In this document: positions 9,574 to 19,755 of the stretch, piece by piece
How positions within the stretch are numbered: position 1 is the first letter of the stretch
Layout: the number at the start of each line of letters is the position of its first letter
Assembly (NCBI GenBank): GCA_964509365.1
Contig: CAZDWN010000004.1
Location: 32,907 to 96,906 of the forward strand
DNA: 64,000 nt
Reading direction: 5' to 3'
DNA from: an uncultured Pseudomonadales bacterium
GTDB taxonomy: Bacteria > Patescibacteriota > Microgenomatia > UBA1400 > UBA12028
Notes under the pieces: generated by a model
Seen by the model: only the letters and a program-made list of their open reading frames with translations
Database searches by the model: none
What the model was told of the DNA's origin: nothing
Made by a program: the position numbers and the translations under genes

Positions 9574-10185
9574 ATGATGCACGTCTCTTCAAACATTCCA
9601 ACTCCGAAATACTCACCGTATATTAAGCGTGTCGCATTTTTTGGTTCAGCTGATATCGACGAAGATCATCCTGTATTTACTCAAGCGTATGAAGCGGCAG
9701 AGCTGCTAGCCAAAGAAGGTAAAATTATCGTTGACGGTGGTGGACCAGGTGTCATGCTCGCTGCGACGCAAGGTGCGCGTGCAGGAGGAGGGCACTCATT
9801 GGCGGTGACTTTCTATCCTCAAGATCTTCCAAATTTCGAAGGGAGAGCAAAAGGAAATATCGTGGACAAAGAAATTATCACAAAAAATTACATTGAGAGA
9901 ATGTTTACTCTCATGGACAATGCTGATGCATTTGTCATTTTTTATGGTGGTACAGGCACATTATCAGAATGGGCTACGACTTGGCTTCTGGCGCATCTGT
10001 ACTACGGACATCACAAACCATTTATACTCTACGGAGATTGGTGGAAAGAAGTGGTCGATGTCATACAAAAAAACTTTATTCTAGAGGGTCCTGAAATGAA
10101 AGTATTTAAAATTGTCAATTCAGCGCAACAACTATTGTATGCTATGGATGAGTTTGAAGTAGAAATGCGAGAAAGGGCAGTGTAA
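9574..10185 (+). CDS. LOG family protein (TIGR00730 Rossmann-fold nucleotide-binding, cytokinin riboside 5'-monophosphate phosphoribohydrolase-like)
   Basis: Signature motifs GGGPGVM and GGTGTLSE. Confidence 0.75.
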   Translation: MMHVSSNIPTPKYSPYIKRVAFFGSADIDEDHPVFTQAYEAAELLAKEGKIIVDGGGPGVMLAATQGARAGGGHSLAVTFYPQDLPNFEGRAKGNIVDKEIITKNYIERMFTLMDNADAFVIFYGGTGTLSEWATTWLLAHLYYGHHKPFILYGDWWKEVVDVIQKNFILEGPEMKVFKIVNSAQQLLYAMDEFEVEMRERAV

Positions 10186-11096
10186 TGAACACTCCTATCG
10201 ATATTGTTTCCATCGGAAGCGCCGTTGTCGACGTTATTTTAAAATCTTCACAATTTAAACCCCACTCAGTTGATGGTGATGTCGTGCTCTGTGAGATCTA
10301 TGGCGGAAAAGAGGATGTTGAAGAAGCTGCTTTTGTATCTGGAGGAGCAGGCACAAACACGGCGGTTGCGTTTGCCAGGCAAGGCTTGGACTCTGCTGTT
10401 GTAGCCGAAGTAGGCCAAGACACCATGGCTCAGATTATCATCGATGAGTTGGAATCTGAAAAAGTGAGTACTTCATTACTCATTGAGGAACCAAGTGAAC
10501 AAACCGGTATCTCAGCAATCCTGGTCTCTTCGGAGGGTGCCAGGTCTGCTATGACTTTTCGAGGCGCATCAAAAATGCTCACTCCAAGCGATATACCGTT
10601 TGACACCCTGAAAACAGTTCCATGGATACACTTGTCGAGCATTGGAAATCCCGAATTAATTCGACAAATTTTTCTTTTTTGTAGAGAAAATACAATTTCA
10701 CTCTCGTGGAATCCTGGAGTGAATGAAGCTATCGATATTGTGAAAAACTCCGTAGGTGATTTTGAGCGATGCTGTAAAGTTGTTTTCTTAAATGAACTAG
10801 AATTTGCAGCAGTGGAGGATTACAAAGAATTCCTTTTTTCCTTAAGTGAAGTTGTGGTCGTCACTCGAGGCAAAAAAGGTGGGGAAATTTACCACGCAGG
10901 AAAGAAAACAGAGTATCAAGGAAAAACCGTTCCAGTTGTGTGTGAACTTGGTGCTGGGGATGCATTTGCGAGTGGGTTCGTCGGTGCGCTGTATAAAAAT
11001 CTCCCTTTGGATCGAGCTATTACTCAAGGATTGGAAAACGGAGCGAGCGTCGTCGGCCATATGAGTGCCAAAAAAGGATTACTCTCATTTTCGTAA
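10185..11096 (+). CDS. PfkB-family carbohydrate kinase (ribokinase-like)
   Basis: N-terminal GGAGTNTAVAFARQG and C-terminal GAGDAFASGFVG motifs. Confidence 0.8.
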   Translation: MNTPIDIVSIGSAVVDVILKSSQFKPHSVDGDVVLCEIYGGKEDVEEAAFVSGGAGTNTAVAFARQGLDSAVVAEVGQDTMAQIIIDELESEKVSTSLLIEEPSEQTGISAILVSSEGARSAMTFRGASKMLTPSDIPFDTLKTVPWIHLSSIGNPELIRQIFLFCRENTISLSWNPGVNEAIDIVKNSVGDFERCCKVVFLNELEFAAVEDYKEFLFSLSEVVVVTRGKKGGEIYHAGKKTEYQGKTVPVVCELGAGDAFASGFVGALYKNLPLDRAITQGLENGASVVGHMSAKKGLLSFS

Positions 11097-11124
11097 TTTT
11101 CTGGTAGGATACCTGAAGTTCACT

Positions 11125-11820
11125 ATGTCAGATACTCAATCTTTTCAAATCGCAATTGACGGACCGGTGGCAGCGGGCAAAGGGACCGTTTCTCGTCTGA
11201 TCGCAAAACGACTTCATTTCTTGTATGTAGATACCGGAGCTATGTATCGCGTGTCCGCTTATCTTGCCTACACTCATCACGTCCCGTTCGAGGATGCTCC
11301 GAAAGTGCTTGAACTGGTTCAATCACACACAATCTCTATGCGACCTCCTTCTCAAGACGAAAATGACGGTCGTCAATGTACCGTGCTTCTTGATAACGAA
11401 GATGTCTCATGGAAAATCAGGACTGAGACAATCAGCCAAGGTGCGTCAGTCGTCGCTTCCCATAAAGTATTGCGAGCCGAGCTTGTCAGACAACAACAGC
11501 TGATTGCAGCATCTCAAAGCGTCGTTATGGAAGGAAGAGATATTACATTTCGCGTGCTTCCTGATGCACAGCTCAAAATATTCCTCACCGCCAGTGATCA
11601 TGAGCGTGCTCGTCGTCGACATATGGAACTTCTGGAAAAAGGTCAAGATGTGACCTTTGAAGCCGTACATGCTGATTTATTGACTCGTGATAGACGAGAT
11701 ATGGAGCGAGATGTCGATCCACTACACGTGGTCCCTGGCGCATGGGTGATTGACACCAGCACTCTTTCGATAGAGGAAGTAGTCACAATGGTCGTCTCCA
11801 AAGTAGAATCAATGCTATGA
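11125..11820 (+). CDS. cmk: Cytidylate kinase
   Basis: IAIDGPVAAGKGTVSRL P-loop and DTGAMYR motif. Start placed at the internal Met (MSDTQSF) rather than the tool's 11065. Confidence 0.85.
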   Translation: MSDTQSFQIAIDGPVAAGKGTVSRLIAKRLHFLYVDTGAMYRVSAYLAYTHHVPFEDAPKVLELVQSHTISMRPPSQDENDGRQCTVLLDNEDVSWKIRTETISQGASVVASHKVLRAELVRQQQLIAASQSVVMEGRDITFRVLPDAQLKIFLTASDHERARRRHMELLEKGQDVTFEAVHADLLTRDRRDMERDVDPLHVVPGAWVIDTSTLSIEEVVTMVVSKVESML

Positions 11821-11980
11821 ACCTGCTTCGAAAAAAAAAGAAAAATGAAAAAGAGATTGAAGAAAAGGAATCTCAACCAAAATTGAGGAATAAGAAGTCT
11901 CAACTGCCGGATGTAGAAAAACCACGCGATCCAACTCGATGGTTGTCACTGCTCTTCTTACTCATCTTTCTCTTCTTGTC

Positions 11981-14269
11981 TTATCTGTCTTGGGTAGCAT
12001 ACGGTGGCTGAACTCCTGAAATCATACTCGGAGTACTCAGAGGGCTCGGTACCTCACAGGCCGTTGGCTCCGTACCTGGGACAAAATATTCAGTGAGATT
12101 CGTCGAGCAATGGCCGCAAGCAAGTCGACCTGTCGTACGACAGACTTCAATTGCTTGAATATCACCAGGAATGGGAAAAACATGTGGAGGCAAACCATTT
12201 AAAGTGAGGCTAATTATCTTGTTCCAAATTGGACTCGCCCCGACAATGCCTGAAGTTATTTGGCTCATTCTTGAGTTGTCATTGTTTCCCACCCAAACGA
12301 TTACTACTTTTTGCGTCGTATATCCATCCGTCCAATTGTCACGGAGAAGGTTTGTCGTCCCTGTTTTTACAGCCACTTGATGGTCCGGTATGTATAGTAC
12401 TGAATGAGTGCCAAACGCTGGTGATCTGGCGGTGTTATCCATCAAAATATTAGTGATCTGATACGCTATTCTCGGATCCATTGAACGATGCCCGCCACAA
12501 GGAATGAGTGTCTCTTTGCAAGGATTCTCAAAAAGTACCTTTCCGTTCGCGGACTTTATTTCAAGTATTGATTGGAGTGGAACGGTAATACCTTGATTGG
12601 CGAAAGTGCCATAGACCGTGGCCATATCCGTCATTTTCACTTCAGCTCCTCCTAATGTGAGGGATAATCCATACCGAGACGTCGAGTCCCAAGTACTAAT
12701 TCCAAGTTGTCTTCCTTTCTCAATAACTGACTGAAGTCCAATGGATGCTTCCGTTTTGACTGCGGGAATATTATACGAACTAGCAAGCGCGGTACGCATA
12801 GTCACGTTGCCATGAAATCGTCCGTCATAATTTTTTGGAGCATATGGCGGTGATCCTGCAGCTTCGTAGGAGATTGGTGAGTCTTCAATCAACGTCGCTG
12901 GAGTAAATCCTCTTTCAAGTGCAGCTGCATAGGTGACTGGTTTTATGGAGCTGCCTGGTTGACGTTCGCGTATGGTGACATTCACTTGGCCGTCATGCGC
13001 AGTGTCAAAGAAGTTTGTGCTTCCAACCATAGCGAGTATTTCGCCGGTTTTTGGATTGGTGACGAGAGCTGCTCCATTACCAACTTTCAAGCGAGCAAGC
13101 GACGCCACTTCTTTGGTGACGATATCTTGCACTTTATTTTGTAAATCTAAATCTAGCGTGGTTGTAATCTCAAGTCCACCTTGGGCAAGCGTCTCTTCTC
13201 CGTATTCTTTGGCGAGTTGCTCTCGAATATACATCACAAAGTGAGGAGAGAGTATTTGTTGAGTGTTTTTTGCGAACACCAGCTTTTCATTCTTTGCCTG
13301 TTCCATTTGCAGAGGACTTATTTTCCCATCTTCTAGCATGCGCCGTAGCACCTCTACTTGGCGTTCCTTCCCACGTTCCGGATACGACCCAAAGGGATTG
13401 TAGAGACTTGGTGCCGCAGGTAAGCCAGCTAGAAATGCAGCTTGAGCTACTGTGAGATCTCGAGAAGAAATTCCAAAATATGCGCGTGAGGCTTCTTCAA
13501 TTCCATAGATTGAACCACCATACGAAACTTCATTCAAATACATCTGTAAGATTTCCGCTTTCGAAAAATGTCGTTCTACTCGGAGGGCGATAAAAGCTTC
13601 CTTTAGTTTTCGCGTTATCGTGCGCTCTGAGGTGAGTAGTACCGTCTTAACGAGCTGTTGAGTGATGGTTGAGCCTCCTTGTACACCTTGACCCGATAGA
13701 ATAGCGCGAGTGGCTCGGACGATACCTACAGGGGATACACCTTTGTGTGTGAAAAAATCTTTGTCTTCAATCGAAACAGTAGCCGCAATTGCATAGGACG
13801 GGAGATCTGATAAGCGTACGAGAGTGCGATTCTCGTCTTGAAACATTTTATAGAGCAGTGTGCCGTGCCGATCCAATATTTTTGTCGTCAAATGGGGAAT
13901 GTGCGTGCGTAAGGCTTCAGGGCTCGGAAGAGTATAAAACAAATACACATAGGTTTTCACTGAGAAATGAAGGATTGTGAGGGTAATCAACACAAATGCG
14001 CTCACCGGCAACCAGTATCGATGGAGACGATACAATGGATCGGCTTTCGGAGAGTAGTAGACGATGGTGCGCTTGCTGTTCTTTTGCTTTAAGAAAGATA
14101 ACTTCGAGCGAGTCTTGGTATGCGATACGTGATAATGAAAGAAAAAATCATTTCTCTCTTGTTCAAGCCAACGTCGAAGCGGGGAAAAGCATCGCAATGA
14201 AAAAAGAACCGCCCAGTAGAGCGGTTTTCCAAGTACTTCAAAAATTTGGAAGATCTTTCGTCGTTTCAT
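11981..14269 (-). CDS. Class A penicillin-binding protein (bifunctional GT51 transglycosylase / transpeptidase)
   Basis: GT51 motifs EDKDFFTHKG and GGSTITQQL. Transpeptidase motifs SSIKP (SxxK) and KTGTT. Confidence 0.9.
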   Translation of the reverse strand: MKRRKIFQIFEVLGKPLYWAVLFSLRCFSPLRRWLEQERNDFFFHYHVSHTKTRSKLSFLKQKNSKRTIVYYSPKADPLYRLHRYWLPVSAFVLITLTILHFSVKTYVYLFYTLPSPEALRTHIPHLTTKILDRHGTLLYKMFQDENRTLVRLSDLPSYAIAATVSIEDKDFFTHKGVSPVGIVRATRAILSGQGVQGGSTITQQLVKTVLLTSERTITRKLKEAFIALRVERHFSKAEILQMYLNEVSYGGSIYGIEEASRAYFGISSRDLTVAQAAFLAGLPAAPSLYNPFGSYPERGKERQVEVLRRMLEDGKISPLQMEQAKNEKLVFAKNTQQILSPHFVMYIREQLAKEYGEETLAQGGLEITTTLDLDLQNKVQDIVTKEVASLARLKVGNGAALVTNPKTGEILAMVGSTNFFDTAHDGQVNVTIRERQPGSSIKPVTYAAALERGFTPATLIEDSPISYEAAGSPPYAPKNYDGRFHGNVTMRTALASSYNIPAVKTEASIGLQSVIEKGRQLGISTWDSTSRYGLSLTLGGAEVKMTDMATVYGTFANQGITVPLQSILEIKSANGKVLFENPCKETLIPCGGHRSMDPRIAYQITNILMDNTARSPAFGTHSVLYIPDHQVAVKTGTTNLLRDNWTDGYTTQKVVIVWVGNNDNSRMSQITSGIVGASPIWNKIISLTLNGLPPHVFPIPGDIQAIEVCRTTGRLACGHCSTNLTEYFVPGTEPTACEVPSPLSTPSMISGVQPPYATQDR

Positions 14270-14341
14270 TTGATTTCAGATACTAGCAGGGGGAAAAAAG
14301 AAAAAAAAGGAGGAACTTATTGCAGGAACTGTCCAAATCTT

Positions 14342-15508
14342 TTAGCGAATGCTTTGCCAAAGCTTCGTATCACCCTCATCGTAACCCAGTGCCCAAATAG
14401 CAATGCCTCCCAACTTTGCTTGTCTGACAAGCATCATCTTGTATCGAAGTGACTGTGGATCATCGTAATACAGTATTTTCGTGGTTTTTCCGATAGTGTA
14501 CTGAAGATAGGGGGAGAGAGCATCTTGATCCCAATATCTCCGTACATCCGGTCTCGAGAGTAGTTTGAGGATATTTGCATATGGCACACTTTCTCCTGTT
14601 TTCGGAAGTGTGAACGAGTTGGGATTCTTTTCATCTGTCACTGACCATGCGTAGCCATAAAAAGGTATGCCGAGAAGAATCTTATTTGAGGGAACAAATT
14701 GAGTATATTGTTGGAGGTCACTCATGATGTCTTCAGCCCAACGCCCGTTTGATTTTCCATACAGCGGAGCATTTGGTCCAGCATTTGGTGATTTTGAGCG
14801 ATGAAAATCATAGGCCATCATAATAATATGATCAACCTCTGGAGCAATTTTTTGAAGGTGAGTTAATCGTTGAAGACTACCAGCATCAGAATACGTTGCA
14901 ATCGAAAGCGAGAGGGGAGGATTTTGTGACTGTAACAGTACTCGGAGACGGTGAAGAAGTGTAACTAAATTATCTTGAAGCTGCTCGTCGACGAGACCGT
15001 TGTATTCTATATCAATATTTATTCCGCTCACTTGATTTGACGCGAGGATTGTTTGAACATCATGTATGAAAACGTCTTGAGCCGATTGGTCTCGCAAAAA
15101 GACTGGTATGGCATCTTGATCCATCATGGTCAACGTGAGCTCCACTTTTTGTCCAGCGCCTATTTTTGATTGTAGGTCTGTAAGTGCTCCATTTTGATAG
15201 GCACGATATCCTGCTTCCTGATTTTGTTTCGGAAGATTGAGTACTTGGCCATTTTGTTGAATGCCTAGTGAAAAAAATGACACGTGAGTGAGCGGGGTCG
15301 GGAAAACCGCTTTCGTTCGTGTCCAGTAGGGAAGGTACCCATAGACGATGAGCGGTTCGGTCGTTTGTGTCGACGGAAATGTCTGGACGGCAGTGTCTTG
15401 TACAAAAAAATCTTGCGTTGCTCCTCGTCGAAGTGAAAGAAGACCAATGCAAATGCAGGTGACGACAATGATCACCGCCACACTTCTGTATATTTTTTTG
15501 TTCGTCAT
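14342..15508 (-). CDS. Glycoside hydrolase family 18 (chitinase/YaaH-like) membrane-anchored protein
   Basis: GH18 catalytic motif GINIDIEY (DxDxE). MAYDFH and GIAIWALGYD segments. N-terminal TM anchor. Confidence 0.8.
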   Translation of the reverse strand: MTNKKIYRSVAVIIVVTCICIGLLSLRRGATQDFFVQDTAVQTFPSTQTTEPLIVYGYLPYWTRTKAVFPTPLTHVSFFSLGIQQNGQVLNLPKQNQEAGYRAYQNGALTDLQSKIGAGQKVELTLTMMDQDAIPVFLRDQSAQDVFIHDVQTILASNQVSGINIDIEYNGLVDEQLQDNLVTLLHRLRVLLQSQNPPLSLSIATYSDAGSLQRLTHLQKIAPEVDHIIMMAYDFHRSKSPNAGPNAPLYGKSNGRWAEDIMSDLQQYTQFVPSNKILLGIPFYGYAWSVTDEKNPNSFTLPKTGESVPYANILKLLSRPDVRRYWDQDALSPYLQYTIGKTTKILYYDDPQSLRYKMMLVRQAKLGGIAIWALGYDEGDTKLWQSIR

Positions 15509-15509
15509 G

Positions 15510-17861
15510 TTACTTATCGATTATTCGTCGACGCCCGTACGGTACGGTGAATGTCTCGAAAATCGATTGCCCTTTATCATCGAGTGGGCGCTTGCAGTCA
15601 ACACAATAATCGGTAGTGAACGGATCGGACAACAGGAGGTGTTTTTCGAGTACGAGTCCGTCGAGGGGGTCTCCTTCTTTTGGTGGGACGCCAACGGCAG
15701 GATTGATCCATGTGTCTCGTGGTTGGGGATCGAGCTGCGTCGGTTCACTCCCTACTCGGAAAAATTCTGATCGAGTTGCGCATGGGGCTGCAGGGTCAGA
15801 CAGCAATCCACTAACCGTACACACGTCTTTGCCAATGACATCATTTGGTTTCTCCGGCCACATTTCTTTCCGACCAGCAAGTATTTTTTTCATGATTCCA
15901 TTCCAAATGGGTGCAGCACCGGTGACGCCTGACACGAGTGATCGATTCATAGCAGAATTGTCATTGTTGCCAACCCAGACTGCAGTCAAGTACTCTGGCG
16001 TATACCCGACTGTCCAGTTATCTCGTAGGTCATTGGTTGTTCCCGTTTTCACGGAGACTACTTGTTTTGGAATTACTAGCTGAGATGAAGGGCCAAATGC
16101 GCCAGTTCTGGCGTTGTTATCAAGGAGAATGTGCGAGATCAAATACGCCGAAGAGCGATGCAATACTCGTTCCGCGGGCAAGGTGATATCGAAATCTCCA
16201 GATGGAGATGCATTCTGCTGAGTGAGATCATCCACTTGAGATGCAATATCATCAATCTTGCGGTCTTCAATAATTTTGCCAGTATAATCCTGAATTCGTA
16301 TGATCGGATTTAAGTTGACGCGCACTCCTTCATTTGCAAGCGTCCCATAGGCAGTAGCCAGATCGAGCATCGTGACTTCGCCACCTCCTAATGTCAGTGA
16401 TAATCCATAGCGTGATGGGTCTGTCCACGTTCGGATTCCCATGGCTGATGCAGTAGCGATAAAACTATCCATAGTGTTGAGCGCCAGTGTTTTGACTGCT
16501 CCAATGTTGTTCGAGTTGCCGAGGAGAAAACGCACTTGGGTTGGACCCTTGAATGTTCCATCGTAGTTTTTCGGACAGTAATTTGGTTGACCGTCGACTT
16601 GAAAACAAGTGGGGATGTCAAGAAGCATACTCGCAGGTGTCAGCTTGAGCAGTTCAAATGCGGTGACGTAATTGAGTGGCTTGATAGAAGAACCTGGTTG
16701 TCGTTCTCGTAGGATGACGTTTACTTGACCGTCATGAGTCGCATCATAATAGTCTCGACTCCCAACCATCGCAAGAATTTCTCCAGTCTTTGGCTTGGTC
16801 ACGAGAGCTGCTCCATTTCCGACGTTGCTGCGAGTGAGTTTAGTGATTTCTGCTGAGACAGTGGCTTGCGTCACTTCTTGAATGTTTTCATCAAGCGTCG
16901 TGTAGATGTGATATCCACCAGATGACAGATCGAGGTCGGGATAGTGCTGGTCCATCCAATCTCGAATATAAAAAACAAAATGGGGAGCCTTAATATCTAT
17001 CTTATTGGTTGCAAACCGAAGTGTCTCTTTGTCTGCGGCGTCTGCTTGATCTTGCGTGATGTACTTTTCTTCGACCATTCTACGTAAGACTTCTTTTTGA
17101 CGATTTTTCCCGAGTTCAGGCTTGGAGCCAAACGGGGAATATGCTGATGGTGCCTGTGGCAACCCAGCGAGGTATGACGCTTCCGCTATATCCAAATCCT
17201 TTGCGTGCTTATCAAAAAATACTCCGGCAGCCGCATCAATACCCCATGTCGTGCCTCCGTAGGGAATATGGTTCATATACATTTGTAAAATCTCATTCTT
17301 GCTGTAGCGAATCTCAGTCAATACTGTTAACGCAGCTTCTTGCACCTTGCGCTTCACAGTTTTTTCTCGACTTAAGAGCACCGTCTTCACCAATTGTTGC
17401 GTTATAGTGGATCCACCTTGGATCTTTTGTTTGAAGATGATGTTTCGCATGGCTCGAATCATTCCTTCAAAATCAAATCCAAAATGGGAGTAAAAATGCT
17501 GGTCTTCGATCGCAATCGAAGCTTGGTAGACATATGGAGGCAGATCTTTGATCTCGACAGGAGTGCGATTCTTATCGCCATAGAACTCATAGAGCAGTAC
17601 ACCATTGCGATCAAAGACCTTCGAACTGACTGGAAACTGGTTTTCCTCCAACTTATCTAGTGAAGGGAGACTTCGTACAAAAATCACGATTGGAAGCGAA
17701 ATAAAAAGTAACGCGATGATTGCAGCCACCAAGAATTTTCGAGTGCTCACTGTGCTCCGCAACTTGGCTAACGTACGCTTTTTTTTCATTGCCTTATTGT
17801 ACCATCTTGAGCCGTCGTATGTTTTAATAGCCTTACGATGCAGATCAAAGATTTCGCTCAC
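15510..17861 (-). CDS. Class A penicillin-binding protein (second paralog)
   Basis: EDQHFYSHFG, GGSTITQQL, SSIKP and KTGTTNDLRDNW motifs. Confidence 0.9.
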   Translation of the reverse strand: MSEIFDLHRKAIKTYDGSRWYNKAMKKKRTLAKLRSTVSTRKFLVAAIIALLFISLPIVIFVRSLPSLDKLEENQFPVSSKVFDRNGVLLYEFYGDKNRTPVEIKDLPPYVYQASIAIEDQHFYSHFGFDFEGMIRAMRNIIFKQKIQGGSTITQQLVKTVLLSREKTVKRKVQEAALTVLTEIRYSKNEILQMYMNHIPYGGTTWGIDAAAGVFFDKHAKDLDIAEASYLAGLPQAPSAYSPFGSKPELGKNRQKEVLRRMVEEKYITQDQADAADKETLRFATNKIDIKAPHFVFYIRDWMDQHYPDLDLSSGGYHIYTTLDENIQEVTQATVSAEITKLTRSNVGNGAALVTKPKTGEILAMVGSRDYYDATHDGQVNVILRERQPGSSIKPLNYVTAFELLKLTPASMLLDIPTCFQVDGQPNYCPKNYDGTFKGPTQVRFLLGNSNNIGAVKTLALNTMDSFIATASAMGIRTWTDPSRYGLSLTLGGGEVTMLDLATAYGTLANEGVRVNLNPIIRIQDYTGKIIEDRKIDDIASQVDDLTQQNASPSGDFDITLPAERVLHRSSAYLISHILLDNNARTGAFGPSSQLVIPKQVVSVKTGTTNDLRDNWTVGYTPEYLTAVWVGNNDNSAMNRSLVSGVTGAAPIWNGIMKKILAGRKEMWPEKPNDVIGKDVCTVSGLLSDPAAPCATRSEFFRVGSEPTQLDPQPRDTWINPAVGVPPKEGDPLDGLVLEKHLLLSDPFTTDYCVDCKRPLDDKGQSIFETFTVPYGRRRIIDK

Positions 17862-18332
17862 ACAAATTGGTTTCTTTTACTCGATGAAAATGGAAAAAGA
17901 CTCGTGTTGCTCTCGGTCACCTTATATGAGCGAGAGTTGCGGATGAAATCAACTCTCCAAGGATATTCTTTTTTAGTGTTTCCAATGGCAAAAGCGTTTG
18001 AAGGATTTATCAAACTCTATCTCAAACAAATGGGTCTCCTGAATCGACCAGATTATAATGATAGTAAGTTTCGGATCGGACGCGCCCTCAATCCTGATAT
18101 TTCTGAACAACATAAAGATGAGTGGTGGCTCTATGATGACGTCGTCAGGTCATGTGGAGAAAAAGTTGCCCGAGATTTGTGGGATGCCTGGGTCCAGTGT
18201 CGTAATCGAGTGTTTCATTACTATTTTAATCAAGAAACAGAAATGAATTTTGACCAAGCCACAAAAAAATTGGAACAGATGGCTCTAGCTATGGAGTCTG
18301 CGACACTGTGCCAAAAGCCTCAAATCAAGTGA
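17838..18332 (+). CDS. Hypothetical protein
   Basis: 164-aa ORF; alternative start at 17943. No family recognised. Confidence 0.4.
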   Translation: MQIKDFAHTNWFLLLDENGKRLVLLSVTLYERELRMKSTLQGYSFLVFPMAKAFEGFIKLYLKQMGLLNRPDYNDSKFRIGRALNPDISEQHKDEWWLYDDVVRSCGEKVARDLWDAWVQCRNRVFHYYFNQETEMNFDQATKKLEQMALAMESATLCQKPQIK

Positions 18333-18349
18333 TATGATAACCACTTCTA

Positions 18350-18967
18350 TTGTACAAGGATTGTATGAACCATAAAAACATTACAATTTCTGGACTCCCC
18401 GGCGGAGGATCGACCACATTGCTCAAACTCTTACGTGAACACTTAGAATTTGATGGATGGCGAGGCTTCTCTGGCGGTGAGTTTATGCGAGCATACGCAT
18501 TGGAGAAAGGATTGTTCAAGGAAGATGGAGGTCTACACCATAGTGCAGCTGACTACGAGGAAGAGTTTGATCGGAAAATAGATATGGGCATGCGAGAGAA
18601 GTTAGGCAATGAAGAGAAATGGATTCTTGAATCCTGGCTCTCAGGATTTATGGGGCAGGGTGTACCGGGGACACTGAAAGTGCTTGTGTATTGTAGTGAT
18701 GATGCGGTCCGTGTCGATCGTATTGTAAATCGCGATCGTGTCACCGCAGATCAAGCTCTAGAGAATATGCGGAAACGCACCAATGCAAATGTGACAAAAT
18801 GGACACGGATGTATGCGACAGAATGGAAAGACTGGGTTGTACAAACCGGAAAAGCTTCGCAAAAAGAAAAGATAAACTTCTGGAAACCAGAGTTGTACGA
18901 TCTAGTGATCGATACCTATTCGATGAACCAGGAACAAACGCTTCACAAAGTTCTAGAGAATCTCTAA
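18350..18967 (+). CDS. P-loop NTPase, cytidylate-kinase-like family protein
   Basis: Walker A ISGLPGGGSTT near the N-terminus. Resembles the archaeal-type CMP kinase-like family. Confidence 0.55.
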   Translation: MYKDCMNHKNITISGLPGGGSTTLLKLLREHLEFDGWRGFSGGEFMRAYALEKGLFKEDGGLHHSAADYEEEFDRKIDMGMREKLGNEEKWILESWLSGFMGQGVPGTLKVLVYCSDDAVRVDRIVNRDRVTADQALENMRKRTNANVTKWTRMYATEWKDWVVQTGKASQKEKINFWKPELYDLVIDTYSMNQEQTLHKVLENL

Positions 18968-18993
18968 AAAATCTGCTACGCTTACCTGTACCT

Positions 18994-19653
18994 ATGCAGA
19001 GACCGAAGCTTTCGACGTATTCCAATTCATTTCACGTGTTCTGGTTGGTGGTCTTGGCTTCCTTTTGTTCATTGGTGCTGTATCGCCTCTCTATCCACGC
19101 CCCAGTTTGGTTTGATGAAATCTTCGCGAAGGCTCTAATCTTCGGAGCTCCGTTGTGGTTCTACGCGAGAGTGAGCAAGCAGCCCCATTCTTTTTTTGGA
19201 CTTGAGTGTAAACGTTTTTGGGTGGGAGCATTCAATGGACTTGCACTTGGAGGACTCTTTGGCTTCGTCGCGACATTGGCGTCTTCCTATCGCAAAGCCA
19301 CAGTGTTTATTCCTGGACTGTTTCAGTCAAATGCATTTTGGTGGGAGTTTAGTTTGGCATTTGCGACAGCATGGTGGGAATCACTCTTCTTCTATGGATT
19401 TATTCTTCCGATTTTGACAAAAAAAGTGAAAAATGAGATGAACGCATTGGGCTACACGACCGTATTGTTTCTGCTGTTTCACTTTCCAAATCTTATCCTC
19501 AAGGTAGGGCTTGCGGCATCACTGCAACCAATGTTGTTGTTGGCGGTGTTTGCGTTTGGGCAAGGAATTCTCTTTTTACGCACTCGAAGCATTGCGACAG
19601 TCGTCATCAGCCATGCGTTCTGGGGTATGGCACTCCTCGTCTACGGGCGATAG
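18994..19653 (+). CDS. CPBP family intramembrane metalloprotease (CAAX protease/Abi-like)
   Basis: Polytopic. Motifs WWESLFFYGF (EExxxR-like), LFHF and ISHAFWGMALL (HxxxN/D-like). Start at the internal Met 18994 rather than the tool's 18799. Confidence 0.72.
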   Translation: MQRPKLSTYSNSFHVFWLVVLASFCSLVLYRLSIHAPVWFDEIFAKALIFGAPLWFYARVSKQPHSFFGLECKRFWVGAFNGLALGGLFGFVATLASSYRKATVFIPGLFQSNAFWWEFSLAFATAWWESLFFYGFILPILTKKVKNEMNALGYTTVLFLLFHFPNLILKVGLAASLQPMLLLAVFAFGQGILFLRTRSIATVVISHAFWGMALLVYGR

Positions 19654-19755
19654 ATATATTCACTTCTACTGATTTTGATCCATCTAGAGTAAAATAAGCC
19701 AAATAGATTTTGATTTGTCTCCGTTGAGGCGGAGACACCCAAAGAAAGGTTTGTT

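Noticed and set aside
11817-12011. 64-aa ORF in the convergent cmk/PBP spacer
   Set aside because: Lys/Glu low-complexity translation of an A-rich spacer that overlaps the PBP 3' end. No support.
15060-15770. Several 60-155-aa ORFs on both strands inside the GH18 and PBP genes
   Set aside because: Overlap strongly supported long genes in other frames. Low-complexity Arg/Ser-rich translations typical of antisense ORFs.
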